Shown here in pieces: positions 37,520-51,076 of a stretch of DNA of 64,000 bases (positions are counted from its first letter, which is position 1; every line of letters starts with the position of its first letter). The notes below the pieces were generated by a model. The model was given only the letters and a program-made list of their open reading frames with translations, had not been told where the DNA came from and did not search any database. This stretch comes from Camelus ferus. Taxonomy: Eukaryota. The DNA lies in assembly GCF_009834535.1 (NCBI RefSeq), contig NC_045696.1, positions 98,768,001 through 98,832,000 of the forward strand, written 5' to 3'. Both the position numbers and the translations under genes were made by a program.

Positions 37520-39325
37520 CTTGTCCTCACCAAAACACCTCTTGCTAAGGACTACCTATGGTTAACAGTGGCCTTATTATCAAATCAGTCCTTGTCTTCA
37601 CCTCACTTCTCAGCATGCTTCCATTCTGTTAACCTTCTCTCTTTACCTGAAGCACCTTTCTCTGGTCTTTGGTGGGGCCATACTTTTCTCATTTTTCTCT
37701 CTTCTCTCTGGCTACTCATTTTCATTCTCTTTTTCCAGATTATCTTCCTCTGCCTGGTAATTAAATGTTAGAATTCTTCAAGGCTCAGTCTTAAGACCTC
37801 TTCCAACTCTATTGTCTAAGAAATCCTATTCAAGCCCAAGGCATCAATGCATACCTAGAGTAAAGACTCACAATGTATCTCCAGGCCAGACCTCCCTTTT
37901 GGACATCTCCACTTGGTATTTCAGAGACTTCAAACTGTGCTGTGATCGTCCTCATCAGACCTAATCAGTGGTACCACCATACATTTTGTTCCCTACATGA
38001 GCATCCCACGTATCAACTCTAACATTTTCCTCTCTCTCACACTCAGGTCTAATCTTTCATCACATCCTGCCATTTATACCTCCCCAGTTCATCCATGGCT
38101 CTTCATATGAACTCTGTCCCTCCAATCCAAGCCAGCATCACCTCACAGCTAAAGCCTAATAAGGATATTTCTATATTTAATTTTTCTATCCTACAATCTG
38201 ATCACCACAGAGTTTTCAATGGGATGATTTTAAATCGCAAGACTGATCATTCACCATCTGCTTAAATACTTGCAATGATTATCTGTTAAGTTTACGGTAC
38301 AGACTCAACACTTCTGATAGCCCGTGACGTCCTGCGTGGTCTGACCCCTGCTTATTTGGCCATCTCACAGACCCGGTCCCCTCTGTCGCCAAGTTCCAGC
38401 CTTACTGGCTGTCTTCCCTTTACTGAGGCCTGCTCTGATCCTCCCCCGAACCAGTGCCTGTGCTCTTGAATTCCCTTTGTGTGAAGTGCTGCTTATCCCC
38501 CATACATTCATGGAATCTCAGCCAAAATAAAAACAAACAAACAAAAACACTTTTTTGGGAGAAATCTCCCCTGATTTCTGCCCCACACTCCCATCAGTAC
38601 CACTACAATGTAGATCAAGTTTTCTTATTCTCCACCATAACAGAATAATTTTCTTTTCTTGATTAGCAGCTAACTTAGTAGGAAACCATATATTCATATG
38701 ACAATGAATAGTTTTTACACACTTGAGCGCTGTCAACTGAAATAAATGCGCAGCCTTAAAGTTGAGAGTTATGTTTTATTTGGTAGGAGGACTTGAGCCA
38801 GGATGACAGCCTCTCAGATCGCTCTGAGGGACTGCTCCGAAGAGGTAGGGGAGGAGCTGGGATATACAGGAGCTTTACAACAAAGACCAGGTAGTTGGAA
38901 CATTAAAAGATTACTTGTTAACTAAAGAAAACCAGACATCTCAAATTTAAGAATTTAGCACTTTTCTAGGTATGGGAAGAAGCAAACATTTGGGCTCATT
39001 GAATTCATTCCTTTGACAAGCACCTAGCTATCTAGGGCCAGTATCCTGTCCTTTCTTATTCTGCGTCCCCTCAGCGTGCACCACTGTGAGTGGCTGCAGA
39101 GGCTGGGCTGCAGGCTTGCCTTCACTGCGGGGCGACAGCCGCTGATGACTTGATGGTTCCAGCATTCTTTGTCTACTGATGTGGTTTGCAGTATTTTTCA
39201 TTCACAGGGCTTTATGAGAGCAGGAACTGGTCCTGAAGGTACTTGTCCTTGCATCACCACCACCCAACAAATTGCCTGGCAGATGTTAGCCTAGTCAGCA
39301 GACATTTGCTGAATGTTGGGTGAAA
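37520..39325 (+). mobile_element. L2 LINE 3' portion, split by an ERV1 LTR
   Basis: tcaaggctcagtctt, tatctccaggccagacct, gacatctccacttgg, tccagccttactggc; resumes after 39206 to tgcctggcagatgttag...catttgctgaatg. Confidence 0.8.
38731..39206 (-). mobile_element. ERV1 solo LTR of cetartiodactyl type (MER41-like), relatively young
   Basis: TG...CA termini, tttatt (minus-strand AATAAA) near 38775, motifs cagcctctcagat.gctctgagggactgctccgaagagg and ctatctagggccagtatcctg; near-TSD gcgc/gggc. Confidence 0.85.
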
Positions 39326-40384
39326 TAGGCCCTCAATCTTTACCTTCAACAGGGAGTGTGGCTCTGCATTAATAAAAATAGGCAAATGCCTGAGAGCATT
39401 GCTCCAGGTCCCATCTTCAGTCCTCCTTTATACCAGCCTTCTTGGATGCTGAAGCTCTTGACAGCTCTGCTTGACTGGTTCTTCTGAGTTTCCTCTGACT
39501 TAGAAATCCCTCTTTATACCACTCATCTTTCTAGTAACCTAGAAATCCTCACAAGGTACCACTTCTGTAAGTGTCTCCCATCCCCCCAGCATCTATCTAC
39601 AGCTCGAGGCTCCAGAGGCGGCCAGTGCCCTTGCGGCCCCCTGGGCTGGGACATCCCAGGCTTCCCCCCACACCCAGAAGCCCTAGCACACAGCTCGAAC
39701 TGGAGATGAGAGTTTCCAGATCGTCCTACTGGCTTGAATTTTAATTAAAACAGAGACCCTCTGGAAAACAGTATTGTTTTGGAGTGAGAAGATCTTTCAG
39801 CTTCCTTCATTCCCTACATTTTTTACTTTTACCTGTGTTCAGATTTATTGCCTTTCTTTAACTATATATGGCAGCTCAAATAACAAACTGATGCTCTCTA
39901 AGAGTGAATTCACATCGATTCTAAGATATTCTCCCAGGAAAGGGCATATTACCAAAATCAAGTTCAGTGAAAGTCATCGTGGTGTGTGTACTGTGTAGAA
40001 AATAGATTGTACATATCTTTTGCCCTGGAGAAATAGCCTCTGCTCTTAGGGAAACCTATTAATTATGGGGAAATAGATGATGGCTTCTTATTCGTCCAGG
40101 ACCTCATGAGAATATTTTCATGACAAAATCTGCACATAAATTTAAAGCTGTTAGACTAAACACCTCAAAAAGGCTTGGGAAATTTTTTCATAATTCCATG
40201 GGCTTTGATGGGATTAAACCAGTAAAATTATTATAATAGGCCTTCTAGGAAAGTAACCATTTTTGTTTAATTAGTCATTCTCACAGCTGTCTATGAAATA
40301 ACTTTGTGTTTCAAAAGCAGCATATAAATTATTTATTTTGATTATTACTTATTCCCTTAATTATGTACAATCAATAATAAAATA

Positions 40385-40590
40385 AGAAGAGCTTTCATTT
40401 GAGTACGTATCATGTGCAAGATGTTGCACTCAGGACTTGAAATATATTAGCTCACTTAGCTCCTGAATAATTATTTGCATTAGAAGCAATAGGATGCCGC
40501 CTTCAGAGGTGAGGATGCTAAGCTACGGTTCAGTATCCAGCTCAAGATTACTTAGCTGATAAGAGGCAACAGAGATTCAGAACAAAGTAT
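40385..40590 (-). mobile_element. MIR SINE
   Basis: catttgagtacgtatcatgtgcaag...ttagctcacttagctcct...cagaggtgaggatgctaag...ctcaagattacttagct. Confidence 0.7.
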
Positions 40591-40595
40591 TTGGC

Positions 40596-40791
40596 CAGTG
40601 GTTCTCAATTGGCAGCATATTTAGCAATGTCTGGAAACATTTTTTCATTGTCACTACTTGGAGAGTCCTACTGGTGTCTAGTGAGTAGAGACCAGGGATA
40701 CTGCTAAACACCCTACAATGTGCAGGGCAGCTCCCAGCAACAAAGAATTATTTGCCCCCAAATATCAATATTGCGGTGGTTGAGAAAATTG
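40596..40791. mobile_element. MER20 (hAT-Charlie) DNA transposon
   Basis: TIR cagtggttctcaa...ttgagaaaattg; gcaatgtctggaaacatttt, gagtagagaccagggatactgctaaacaccctacaatg. Confidence 0.9.
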
Positions 40792-41649
40792 TACTAGACA
40801 AACCAAGATGGCTCAGGAACATTTGCCAAAACATAAAAACCTGAAACAATTAAGAGGATCCATGTCATCCACTAAAGAAAGAATGGAATTCTCTAAACAG
40901 TTATCACAGACCTAAGGGCGGCTACCTGAAGCTCGTCACAAACAGGCTTATGCTGACTGGGCCACCGCGCCTAGTCCAACTCTATGCCCTGACCTGCACT
41001 GCTGAGGAGAAACAAAGTCAGGACCAAATGGGCCTGACTGTGCGATCACATCTATAATAACCCCAGGAGGTCGGATACAGGGAATTAAGGGCCAGGGAGG
41101 AAGGAGGGCTGTGGTATGTCAGAGTGAGCCACTAAGAGCTATTTCCGGGTAGAAGCAGAACCTCAAATTTTAGGGATTAAGGTGACTCCAAAACTGAAGA
41201 CAGAAAGCAGATTTTAGAATCAGAGGATGAGTCAAAGTAATTTCCACAGGTGAATGGCTTCCTGCTTCCTCAGAGGGGTCTTAAAGGGCAAGGAGGTGAA
41301 TTCACAAGTTCACAGAATCTATTAATAAATAATAAGGATGGACTTAATAAATCACTTGTGGGGACATTCTTAGAATTATATAAACATTTTGAACCTCATC
41401 TAACCTCCCCCTCAATCCCTGTCTTACCATCCAGTTATTCTTTTCTTTATCACTTTTTACAGTGATGGTTACAAAATAGTGAGTGCTAATTCCATTATGC
41501 CTTCTCTGTTTAAAGTCAGCACTCTACTCTAAGGAACAACTTTCCTTTCTCTTCTCATATATTTATTTATCGGTTATTATCAGATTTATTTTTTTAACTT
41601 ATTTTTAGGGAAAATCATATTTACTAGTTTTCCCTGACCTATACAGATT

Positions 41650-41965
41650 TTATTTTTTTAATATTTTTAAAATTAAAAAAATTTTTTTTAAATTGAAGTA
41701 TAATCAGTTTGCAATGTTGTGTCAGCTTCTGGTGTACAGCATAATGTTTCAGTCATACATACACATACCTATGTTTCTTTTCATGTTCTTTTTCATTTTA
41801 GGTTACTACAAAATATTGAATATAGTTCCCTGTGGTATACAGCAGAAAGTTGTTGTTCATCTCTTTTATATAAAGTAGTTGGTATCTGCAAATCTCAAAC
41901 TCCCAATTTATCCCTTCCCACTCCCTCCCCCACCCCCATAACCATAAGTTTGTTTTCTATGTTGT
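41650..41965 (-). mobile_element. Lineage-recent L1 3' end
   Basis: ttttaaattgaagtata...ctggtgtacagcataatg...ttgaatatagttccctgt...aaccataagtttgttttctatgt. Confidence 0.9.
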
Positions 41966-43254
41966 TATTGTCAGTTTGTTTAATGAGTTATAGTATCTTA
42001 CTATTACTGTTCTATTTTTGGCTTGTGAGGGTCATTTTCGATTGTGAAATCACCAACAAAAAACATAAAAATATGAAGAACATTGAATAAATTGACCATA
42101 AAGAGACACCTGTTTATAGTATGAAAGCTAAAACTTAAAGACAGAGACTTGTTTTGACCTCAACTGGGACTCACGCATCTATGTGAGTTGATGTTAGGGT
42201 TACAAATAAATTTTAGCAAGTAGACAAATTGACAAATACAGAATCCGTGAATAATGATGTTCAACTCTACCAAAACCCTGGTAAATGCTTATGCTCCAAG
42301 AAACATTAATCAAAGTTCTTATGAAACATTTAATTTTTCCTTTATTTCTCAAAGTCCTGGTGATTTGCCTGAAGATATGACACAACTGTATAGTATTATG
42401 GGTCATAATTTTGTAATTACTTAAATTGTTTACTTGCCTATAACCTTACTTTGTTCATTTGAATCTGCTATCTCCAAGGCCAGTGGTTCTTAATTGAGGA
42501 TATATGTCAGACTTACAGTTTTATAAAAATACATATGTCTAGGCCTTACTCTTTACTTACTAAACCTCTTCATATTCTAGATGTATTCTTTGTAGATTAT
42601 ATATGTAATGTCTCAGGATTATTCTCTATAAAAATTATGCTTATCTTTTTTTTTATAAATGACACGCAACGTTCACTGACTTTCTCAAAATGGGCTTAAT
42701 CAGTTATCCCTAGAGATAGTTTGTCTAGAATTGTATGTAGAACAATTTTATTATCATGTTTTGTGTGTCAGAGAAATAACTAACATTGTTGGTCATTGAC
42801 AGATTGTGATTATGAACTCTCATCTATCTTTTTTCATTTAAAAAATTTCAGTAAGAAATCAACAACAGCCATTAAGTCTCTATCATCTATAGTCTTTGTT
42901 TCACCCTGATGCTGTGTGATGACCCTTCTATAAGGTACCAGAGCTTTTGTCTTCAGCAAACAAAGAGTGTGTCTGAACACCGTGGAAAAGGGCTGTATCG
43001 GGCACTGCACACTATTGACCATTCAAAGAGACTCCTGGGTAAAGGCTTCTGGTGACATCACTAGGCAACTTTCCCCCTGGGATGAGTCAAGAGGAAAACA
43101 GTTTCATGAGACTTCTAACCCCAAATCCAGTGAGACATGACAATGTGATAGACTGCTTTTGTAAACTGAAATGGAATATTTAAAAATATTACCTGATTTC
43201 CGTTGATCCTTCCAGAAGTTAAGTGTTCTGACTTTTCACGTTAATTCAGTTATT

Positions 43255-43705
43255 TATGTGGACTCAGGAAGAATCTGTCCTTATTTCTACCAACGTACAA
43301 TTAGAAAAGTTGATGATGCAACTGTGTCCATTACAGAAGAAGATAATGCTCATTTAATCAGGCATGACAAGTCACTGTTAAGGAACTGTGGTTGATTTTA
43401 CCTATGAAGCTGATGCCTACTAAATCTTCTCAGAGAAACTGCCCTGGCACCTGGCTATGCAGCCTCAGCCTTACAGGTGGCAATGCCAAGAAACCTAAGG
43501 ACATTTGGTCTTTAAGAGGAGGAAAATCCATCCAAGTGTCGAGATACAGCAGGTGAAATCTGGTGTAAAGAGATGGTCTGTTCTGTTTTGTTTTGTTTTG
43601 GCTGATTTCCTATCTGAGGGATAAAAAATAATAGAAGCCTTGAAAATCAAAATCCAATCTGAGATTCCTCATGATAGCTTCCAGAAAGAAGTTAATCTTG
43701 TGACT
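43255..43705. mobile_element. ERV1 (MER4-group) internal sequence remnant, no LTR adjacent
   Basis: ttaaggaactgtggttgattt, cagccttacaggtg, aatccaatctgagattcctcatgatagcttccag resemble MER4-group internal consensus. Confidence 0.5.
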
Positions 43706-46700
43706 GTTCAATATACTATGGCTCTAGGTTATTTGAAATGATCTCGAGAAGGAATACATATATTCATTTTATATCATATGGGAATCATGATTTCAACTTT
43801 TGGTTAGAAAATTATCCTCTAACATTTTTTACTCAAGAAGAAAGTTCAGTTTTTGGAAATTGGAAGCAGTAAACAACACATTGCTAAAGCAAGACAAAGG
43901 GAAAGCATGATATTCTCATGAGTGTAGAATTACTTATTATCTTCATTACTTATCTCAATGTGCCAGGTTTTCATAACTTTGAATGTTCTTAACACAATGT
44001 GTACAGAGGAGTCTTATTAAGTTTTTTTTGATGGTGCAAGCACAGGTGTCACTAAAAAGCCATCAGTAAGACTTCAGAAGTTGAAGATAGGAAATATTTA
44101 TCAAGCAGTTCACACATACACATAAATACTGGTAAACGTGCTTAATGAGCAGAGAATATATACCAGACAGAATGAAAACACACGTTTAAAATGAGGCCCT
44201 GAAGGTACACTGCCAGCTACAAATGTTTATGATAGCATAGACATTTCTATTGGGGAATAAATCTAAACTATATCTTCATGATCTAGGAACACAAAAGACA
44301 AAATATAATAGGGTCCTAGAGATTATCAATAATTTCAAAGCCAGCACATGCAATGGCACGGGAGCAACGAAGAGTCTGATACATAACTTGGGTCCATACA
44401 GTGGTGGGTCCTTTGAGACTGAAGGGCAACTGACCTCAAGGTCCCAACTCTCAAGGTCTTTTGCCTGTATTTTATGGGCACTGATGCACCATGGTTTCCC
44501 ACGGCCATCCATGCTATAGTCTTGCCCTTTTTGTCATTAATAATCAAAGGCCAACTATACTAATAGCAGAAATTTGTATATAATCATTTTTATCTAAATG
44601 TAACCGATAAAAAAGACATGTTTGAACCTTCAACATTTTACTCACCAATGTTGACTTATGCTAAATATCTTTGCCATTCATTTATGCATGGGTATAAAGA
44701 AACGAGATATGTGTGCCACTGTTTTAATACCCACAGTCTTATTCTGTCCACTTTCTCTTAAATGACAGTCTACATTAAGCATAATCACCACCATGTACTT
44801 CCATGGGTGGAATTTGGGGATCTGGGAGGAAGAAAGTCTTGTTTCCACCGGGAGGAGGCGGTGAACAGCCTGAGCAGAGGGTGAAAGAGAAAGAACAAGA
44901 TTAAAGGGGATCCTGAAGTAAGAATTTTTTTGTGTCACTGTTGCTGGATACAGTTAGCTGAAATGGAGAAAAAGCAAGTACTTAAAATGATCCCAAAGGA
45001 GAAAGGTATGTACATCATGGTATCAGGATTCTCATTGAAGGAATAAAGTTTTCTTTCAGAGGGGACAGTCAAAAAAAATCTCAACTTGCAAAAGTTAAAT
45101 TATATGTGTGTATTTATTAAATTTGAGAAAACACAAAAGCCTAATAAAGCACGAAGATATGTTTTGCAAATATTTCTAGAGGTCATTTACTAAGTTTCCC
45201 AGGGGGAGAAGAATCACTGTGAACAAGACATACGGTACACTTTCAACTTTTCCAGGACTGGAAAACACTTCCTAAAAGCATTTCCAACACTATGGGATGT
45301 GACTAATGAGCACAGGAATTCTAAACTAGACCTCCTTGTCTTAGTTCAGTTTAGCACAATTTACATATAAAGACAGATAAGAAACTGATCAGCTAGAAGA
45401 GGAGGACACACAATTTCGATGGCTGGAGATCTGTTTTAGAAAAACAGGAGAAAGTTTTCAACACGCCTTAAGGGATTGTTTTCTAGAAAGGAAGATACGG
45501 AGAAGTGGGGAGGTAGAAACCTTAGACTATCTTGCTGATTCTCTGGGACTGAGTGCATAAACCCCCACCGAAATCCTAACTGGAAAAAACAGTAGTGCAG
45601 TAGTAGTGCAGGAGTAGTAGAATTTTGATAGGATTTCTGCTGATATGGAGCAAGTACAGCATAAACTCTTGACAGCATCGAAAGGCGTGGCTTATTGCGT
45701 ATATATCTCATGATTCAATTCTCCATACAGTGGACACTCTAATATGATAGACACTTCGCTGTGCAGGGGACAGAGTGCAGAATAAGACAAAGTCATTCCT
45801 CCTCAAAAGCTCAAAATATGTTGTGTTGCAAGGCCTTGGCACTGTATGATTTTTTTTAATTGGAAGTTTTACAACAGGAAGTCCTTTGCCAAGATCAGGA
45901 TACTCATAATAAAACTACTTTTTGCTACAATAATCATTTCACAAAAAAAGGACAAAATTCACAGAACAAATTATTGTTCTGCATACTGAATTAATTTGGC
46001 TTTATGCAAATGAACAATAGTGGCCTTATTTTTCTCATTTAGTCACAGGCCAGTGGAAAATTCATCACTTCCCTTCTAATTTGAGAATCCTTAAGTTTGA
46101 CATGTAGAAGGGTTTGCAGTGTTATATGTCCTATTCTTTCAATTGGAAGAATATATCACATCTCTGAGCAGACTAAGGGAGAGAGAGAAATGGATCCCAC
46201 AGACACAGACATGCCTGCATATCTACCACCAGGAAATAAGTTAGGATAATATCCAATTATAAAATATAACATGCTTCCTGGGGGCTTCCTATCCACTTTT
46301 GATATGTCCATGTGAATTTTTAATCAGATGATTCTGTAACATCTTGATAAGATCTGGTGCACTAGGAGAATTTGCATTTTTATTAGGGAAAGAGGGAAAG
46401 GCAATATTGAATTGTTAGGAACATAACGATTGGAAGGTTGAGTCTAAATGGGTTTTGGATCTGAGGATCACATGCAGTTTTAGGCATCTGGAAGGCAGGT
46501 CTTAAGGCGAATTGGAAATGAGAAAAGATCAAGAAAAATATTGGGAGAGAGCCAAAGATAAACTCATGAATTCCAACTGCTTTTGGTTTCCTTCTTAAGA
46601 TGCTGTTCCAACTCTTTTTAAAATAATCGACCCCCACCCCCCACTTTTCTTTTTTGACAGGAACTTAAACAGATGCATACAGTATAAAATGGATAAAATC

Positions 46701-47058
46701 TAAGTGGTTCTGGTTGAAATGAGGAGGAAAGTCCAATGCTCTAGCGGTAGGAATTGTGCAGTCAGCAATCACGGCTGCCTACTTTCAAAACCAGTAGCAT
46801 GGAGAGGAAGGTAAAGACTGTAAAATAAAGATGATAATAGGCTGAAACTCAGAGAATTGGTATAAATATTCTGAACTCATGAAATGGAAGGAGTTATTTG
46901 TGTCCTAAAAACATGTGGTTTTGCAAGGGCTTACATTTAGCCTAAATTATTCTGCAAAGATGACATGTCAACTCTAAGGCAGCAGGAAGAGAAGGAGAGG
47001 TGGTTGGCTAAAGATGATAAATTGAGCACACACCTTCCCCAGAACAAAATTTATTCAG

Positions 47059-48119
47059 TGTCATGGATTGAATGTTTATTCCCCCTCCATTCATATGTTG
47101 AAATCCTAACCCCCAAAGTGTTGGTAGTAGAGATAGGGTCATTGAGGTGTAATCAGGTTTCGAGGGTAGAGTTCTTGTGAAAGGGATTCGTGTCCTGATA
47201 AAAGGGACGGCAGAGATCCCCCTTGTACCTCCGTCACGTGAGGGTGAATCAAGAAGTCAGCTATCGCTTTCTTTGCTGCATCTACCATGAGAATGAAGAC
47301 CATTCTCAGCAATCAGACTGTCCCCAATGCAGCAAGTGTCGACATCACTTTGGAAGGACACACAGTTATGGTAAAGAGCCCCTGAGGCACCCTGTGGAGG
47401 GACTTCAATCACATCAGTGTAGAACTCAGCCTCCTTGGAAGAAAAAGAAGAGGCTCTAGCCTGACAAATGGTAGGAAATGGAAAAGAATCACGTACAGAA
47501 CATGATCAAGGGTGTTACACTGGGCTTCTGTTTCACATGAGGTTGGTGTCGGCTCACTTCCCCATCACCATCATTATTCAGGAGAATGGGTCTTTTGTTG
47601 AAATCCGAAACTTCTTGGATGAAAAATACATCCGCAGAATTCAGATCAGGCCAGGCGTCGATTGTGCAATATCTCAAGCCCAGAAAGATGAATTAATTCT
47701 TGAAGGAAACAACATTGAACATGTATCAAATTCAGCTGCTTAGATTCAGCAAGCCATAATAAAGGAAAACAAGGATATTAGAAAATTCTCGGGTGGTATC
47801 TGTGTCTCTGGAAAAGGAGTCGTTCAGCAGACTGATGAATGACAGCTAAGCTGTCCGGCTATGGAAACGGCAAGATGCCAGACGATTCTTCAGGTTCATT
47901 TGTGATATTTTAAAGGTTCAATCAAAGCTCTATTGACTTGGGGGGAAGAAAAGGAAGACAGCCATTCATAAGCCAAAAAGTGAGCTCTCACCAGACACCA
48001 AATCTGCTGGCACCTGGATCTTGGACTTCCCAGCCTCCAGGACTGTGAGAAAGAGATGTTTGTTGTTTATGTCGTCAGTCTATGATATTCTGTCGTAGTA
48101 GCCTGAAATGACCAAGACT
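47059..48119 (+). mobile_element. MLT1A/A0-like solo LTR split by the RPL9 retrocopy (47059-47264 and 47966-48119)
   Basis: tgtcatggattgaatg...ttcatatgttgaaatcctaacccc; ctcaccagacaccaaatctgctggcacctggatcttggacttcccagcctccag; halves sum to about 360 bp. Confidence 0.92.
47265..47951 (+). pseudogene. RPL9: Processed pseudogene of 60S ribosomal protein L9 (uL6)
   Basis: 5' pyrimidine tract ctttctttgctgc, ATG 47293 (MKTILSNQTV...), AHFPI...[13 protein letters not shown]...[13 protein letters not shown], stop 47840-47842; intronless; premature stops at 47383 and 47741, 1-nt deletion near 47440, ~26-nt deletion near 47488; degenerate TSD aagaagtcagctat/aggaagacagccat. Confidence 0.97.
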
Positions 48120-48639
48120 TTTACATTCTTTAAGAACAGATATAAGATACTGACGAGGGGAAACTTTGAGGGAAAATTCTGAAAGATAGAAGGTAGAAAA
48201 ATAACAACAGACAAAAACATTTCTACAAGACAGCTGTAGAGGTGGAGGTGGCTCAGGCTTTAAAATTCAACACATCAGTGAGGTGGGACCTCCTTTCCTG
48301 GTGGCATCTCAGGTAATTAATTGGAAATAATTAATTGGGATTCAGAGTAGCCAGACTGCTTGACTAATTTACAAGTGTTCCATAAAGGACTGGAGGATAG
48401 AATGATGGGAAGGGAGGAAATAATCCATGAAATTGTCGAGAAAAAGAATCTCAAAGTTGAAATGATGCACACACTAAAAATTTTTTAAATAATTTGAAAA
48501 TCTTGATTATAGTTTGTATTCCACAAACTAGAAAATCAAAACCTGCCTGCTGTTGTGAGCAAAAATGAACATCTACAAAGAAAAAGTTGACTATTTTTAT
48601 ATCTCACTACCTCAATACTAACACCTATGCTAGCAAGTG

Positions 48640-50340
48640 CCAACATGATGTATTCTGCTGTTTTCTATATGCTTACTTAAAAAAACATACACATACTCAC
48701 CTGGAGAGTGATTTTCTTAATTATTTTTAAACAAAAATGGGATGGCACCATGCCATATTTTTCAGTAATTTTTCTTTTGTAGTATAATATAAATGTCCCT
48801 CTGGATCCATTGACAAGGCTCTAAGGAAGATGTTCATTTGGCTTAAAATTTTTTTTCTAATATTTTCACGAGGCTGTCTTTCTCATTTTCTTTACCTCCT
48901 TATCGATCATTTTCTATCATATCAACTTGTTTTATTTTATTCTTAGTATGTAATTGCTCTCTGAAATTATCTCATTTATTTTTTATTTTTCATCCTCACA
49001 AGTATATGAGTCACCAAAGACACACTTTCCTTTACAACTTGCTTTAATGACAACACTTAAAACAGGACATGAACATTGTAAGTATATGTCAAATGTTTGT
49101 TGAATGAATAATGAATAAGCTCATTCCTTTTTTATGGTTGGGTAACATTTCACAGCATGAGTGTACCTTAACTTATACAACCTTTCTCCTCTTAATTGAC
49201 AGTATAGTTCGCTGATTTATTTTTGCCACTTATATAGTGCTACAATAAACATATTTCCTTATGTATCTGTGGTTTTATTTCTGTTTGATAGATACCCCAA
49301 ACTGATATTATTTGGTTAAAGGATATATGTGTATATATATTTTTTCTTCAATTTTAATAGGTACTACTAAATCTGCTCCAAAGGAGTCATAGTATTTCAC
49401 ACTTCTGCCAGCAGGTATAAGAATTCCCATTTCCCCACATTCTCCTCAGCACTGAGCATTATATATTAAACATACATACATACACACATTTTTGCCAACC
49501 TCATGGGTTAAGAAAACTGGTAAGTTACTGTTGTTTCCATTTCCATTTTCCTGATTACTGGCGAAGTTAAACATCTTTTTGTATATTGGTATCTGTTTTC
49601 CACTGGCTTCTCCTCTGTGACTTGCTGGTTTATATCACTGCCAAATTTTATTACTGGGTTTTTTTTAATGTCCTGATCATCTTATTTGTTATTGCTATAT
49701 ATATTACAAATATTTTCTCTCAGTCTAATCTGTTCTTTAACTTTGTTTATAGTATATTTTTCCACATAGAAAGTTTAAATTTCTTAGTAATCAAATCTCT
49801 TAATCTTTCCCAGTCATGTTCCCTCTATTGCTTCTGGAAGACTCCCCCACCACATAGTTATACAAATGGTCTCCAAATTGTTTTGCTAATATTATGTGTC
49901 TGTTATGTTTATATCTTTAATCCACTTAGAATTTATTTTTGTAAATGTTGTAACAAAGTGATCTAACTGCTTTTATAGAGATGGGCAGCTAATAATGCCA
50001 AACATATTTATTAAATTAACAATGGAATGAAATACCACCTCTATTAAATATTAAGTTCCCATTTGTACATTTTGGATTTTTATTCAATTCTATTAATCTG
50101 TTTGTCTTTCCTGTTTCAATAGGTTTCTTAGGTATAGGAAAATAGTGATTACTAAAGCTTTGCAGTATATTTTAAATTTTGGATGGGTTGTCCTCCTTTA
50201 TTTGTTATATGCTTTAAAGAATATTGGGCAATTTTCTATTAAAATTCTAAAGTAACTTTACCCTTTTTTAGTAGGGATTCTGATAGACTTTTAAAATTAA
50301 TTTTATATAATCATTTGGAATTTCGACATTTTAATGATAT
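48640..50340 (-). mobile_element. Old L1ME-like fragment
   Basis: aacaaaaatgggat, gctacaataaacatattt, cccatttccccacattctcctcagcact, atctttaatccacttagaatttattttt. Confidence 0.75.
48870..49117 (+). mobile_element. L2 3' end lying within the L1ME fragment
   Basis: ttattcttagtatgtaattgctctctgaaattatctcattta...caaatgtttgttgaatgaataatgaat. Confidence 0.7.
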
Positions 50341-50351
50341 TGAGATGACTC

Positions 50352-51076
50352 CGTGGTTGGTCTCCATCATTTATTACTCCTTGAATTCAAGCATTCATGT
50401 GTCGGCCATGCATCTCATCAACTTGGAAAAATGCTGAATCCCTCTGGGTCTCTGGGTTGGACATATGACACACAGTAATCAGCAACATCCCACCTCCTGG
50501 CCCATGTTTATGGTCGGTCTTGTGACCCAAACTGGGCAATGAAGCACAAGGAGAAAGTGATTGTGGGCTTTTGAGAAAGAACTTTCCTTACTTGTATAAT
50601 GGAGCTCCCATATGTAACCTACTCTTTCTTTCTTGCTTAAGTCAGTCAGGAAGCCTACTGCCCCGATATTGTTGACAGTGCCGAGAGATCCCCCAAAGAA
50701 GCAGAATGAGGATGAAACTGCCAAGTTGAAGGCAGAACAGAAAAGCAAAATAGATACATTGAGCCACAGAATCCAACTCTAAACTTCCAGTTTATAAGCC
50801 AATAAATCTCCTTCACTTGATGCTTTTAAACTTCAGCATGAATAAGAGACACATAAAAGGCTTGTTGAGATGTGGATTCTTGGCCCCGTCTCCCAAGATT
50901 CTGATTCAGCAGTTCTGGGATAAGTCTGGAGAATTTGCATTGGTAACAAGATCCCAGGTGACACTATTGCAGCATGCTCATGGACCACATTCTGAGAAGC
51001 AGTGGCCTGCATGATTGCGGCCAGTTTGAGCTTCATTTTCTCCTGTTTGCAAACAAGTGCACCCTAACTGATAACA
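50352..51076 (+). mobile_element. MLT1J-like LTR interrupted by MER5A
   Basis: tgtgacccaaactgggcaatgaa, ggcttttgagaaaga, taagccaataaatctc; after MER5A gccagtttgag...ccctaactgataaca. Confidence 0.7.
50818..51005. mobile_element. MER5A (hAT-Charlie)
   Basis: agattctgattcagcagttctggg...gaatttgcattggtaacaagatcccaggtga...ggaccacattctgagaagcagtg. Confidence 0.85.

Noticed and set aside
44954..45005. Possible + strand 52-nt exon (cag|...MEKKQVLKMIPKEK...aag|gtatgt)
   Set aside because: Weak polypyrimidine tract, unrecognised peptide, no partner exons.
45381..45560. Stop-free ~59-codon frame (ETDQLEEEDTQFRWLEICF...)
   Set aside because: No start codon or splice acceptor, no recognisable homology.
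47468..47743. 91-aa ORF similar to RPL9 as a functional CDS
   Set aside because: Fragment of a disabled retrocopy with a frameshifted N-terminus and premature TAG.
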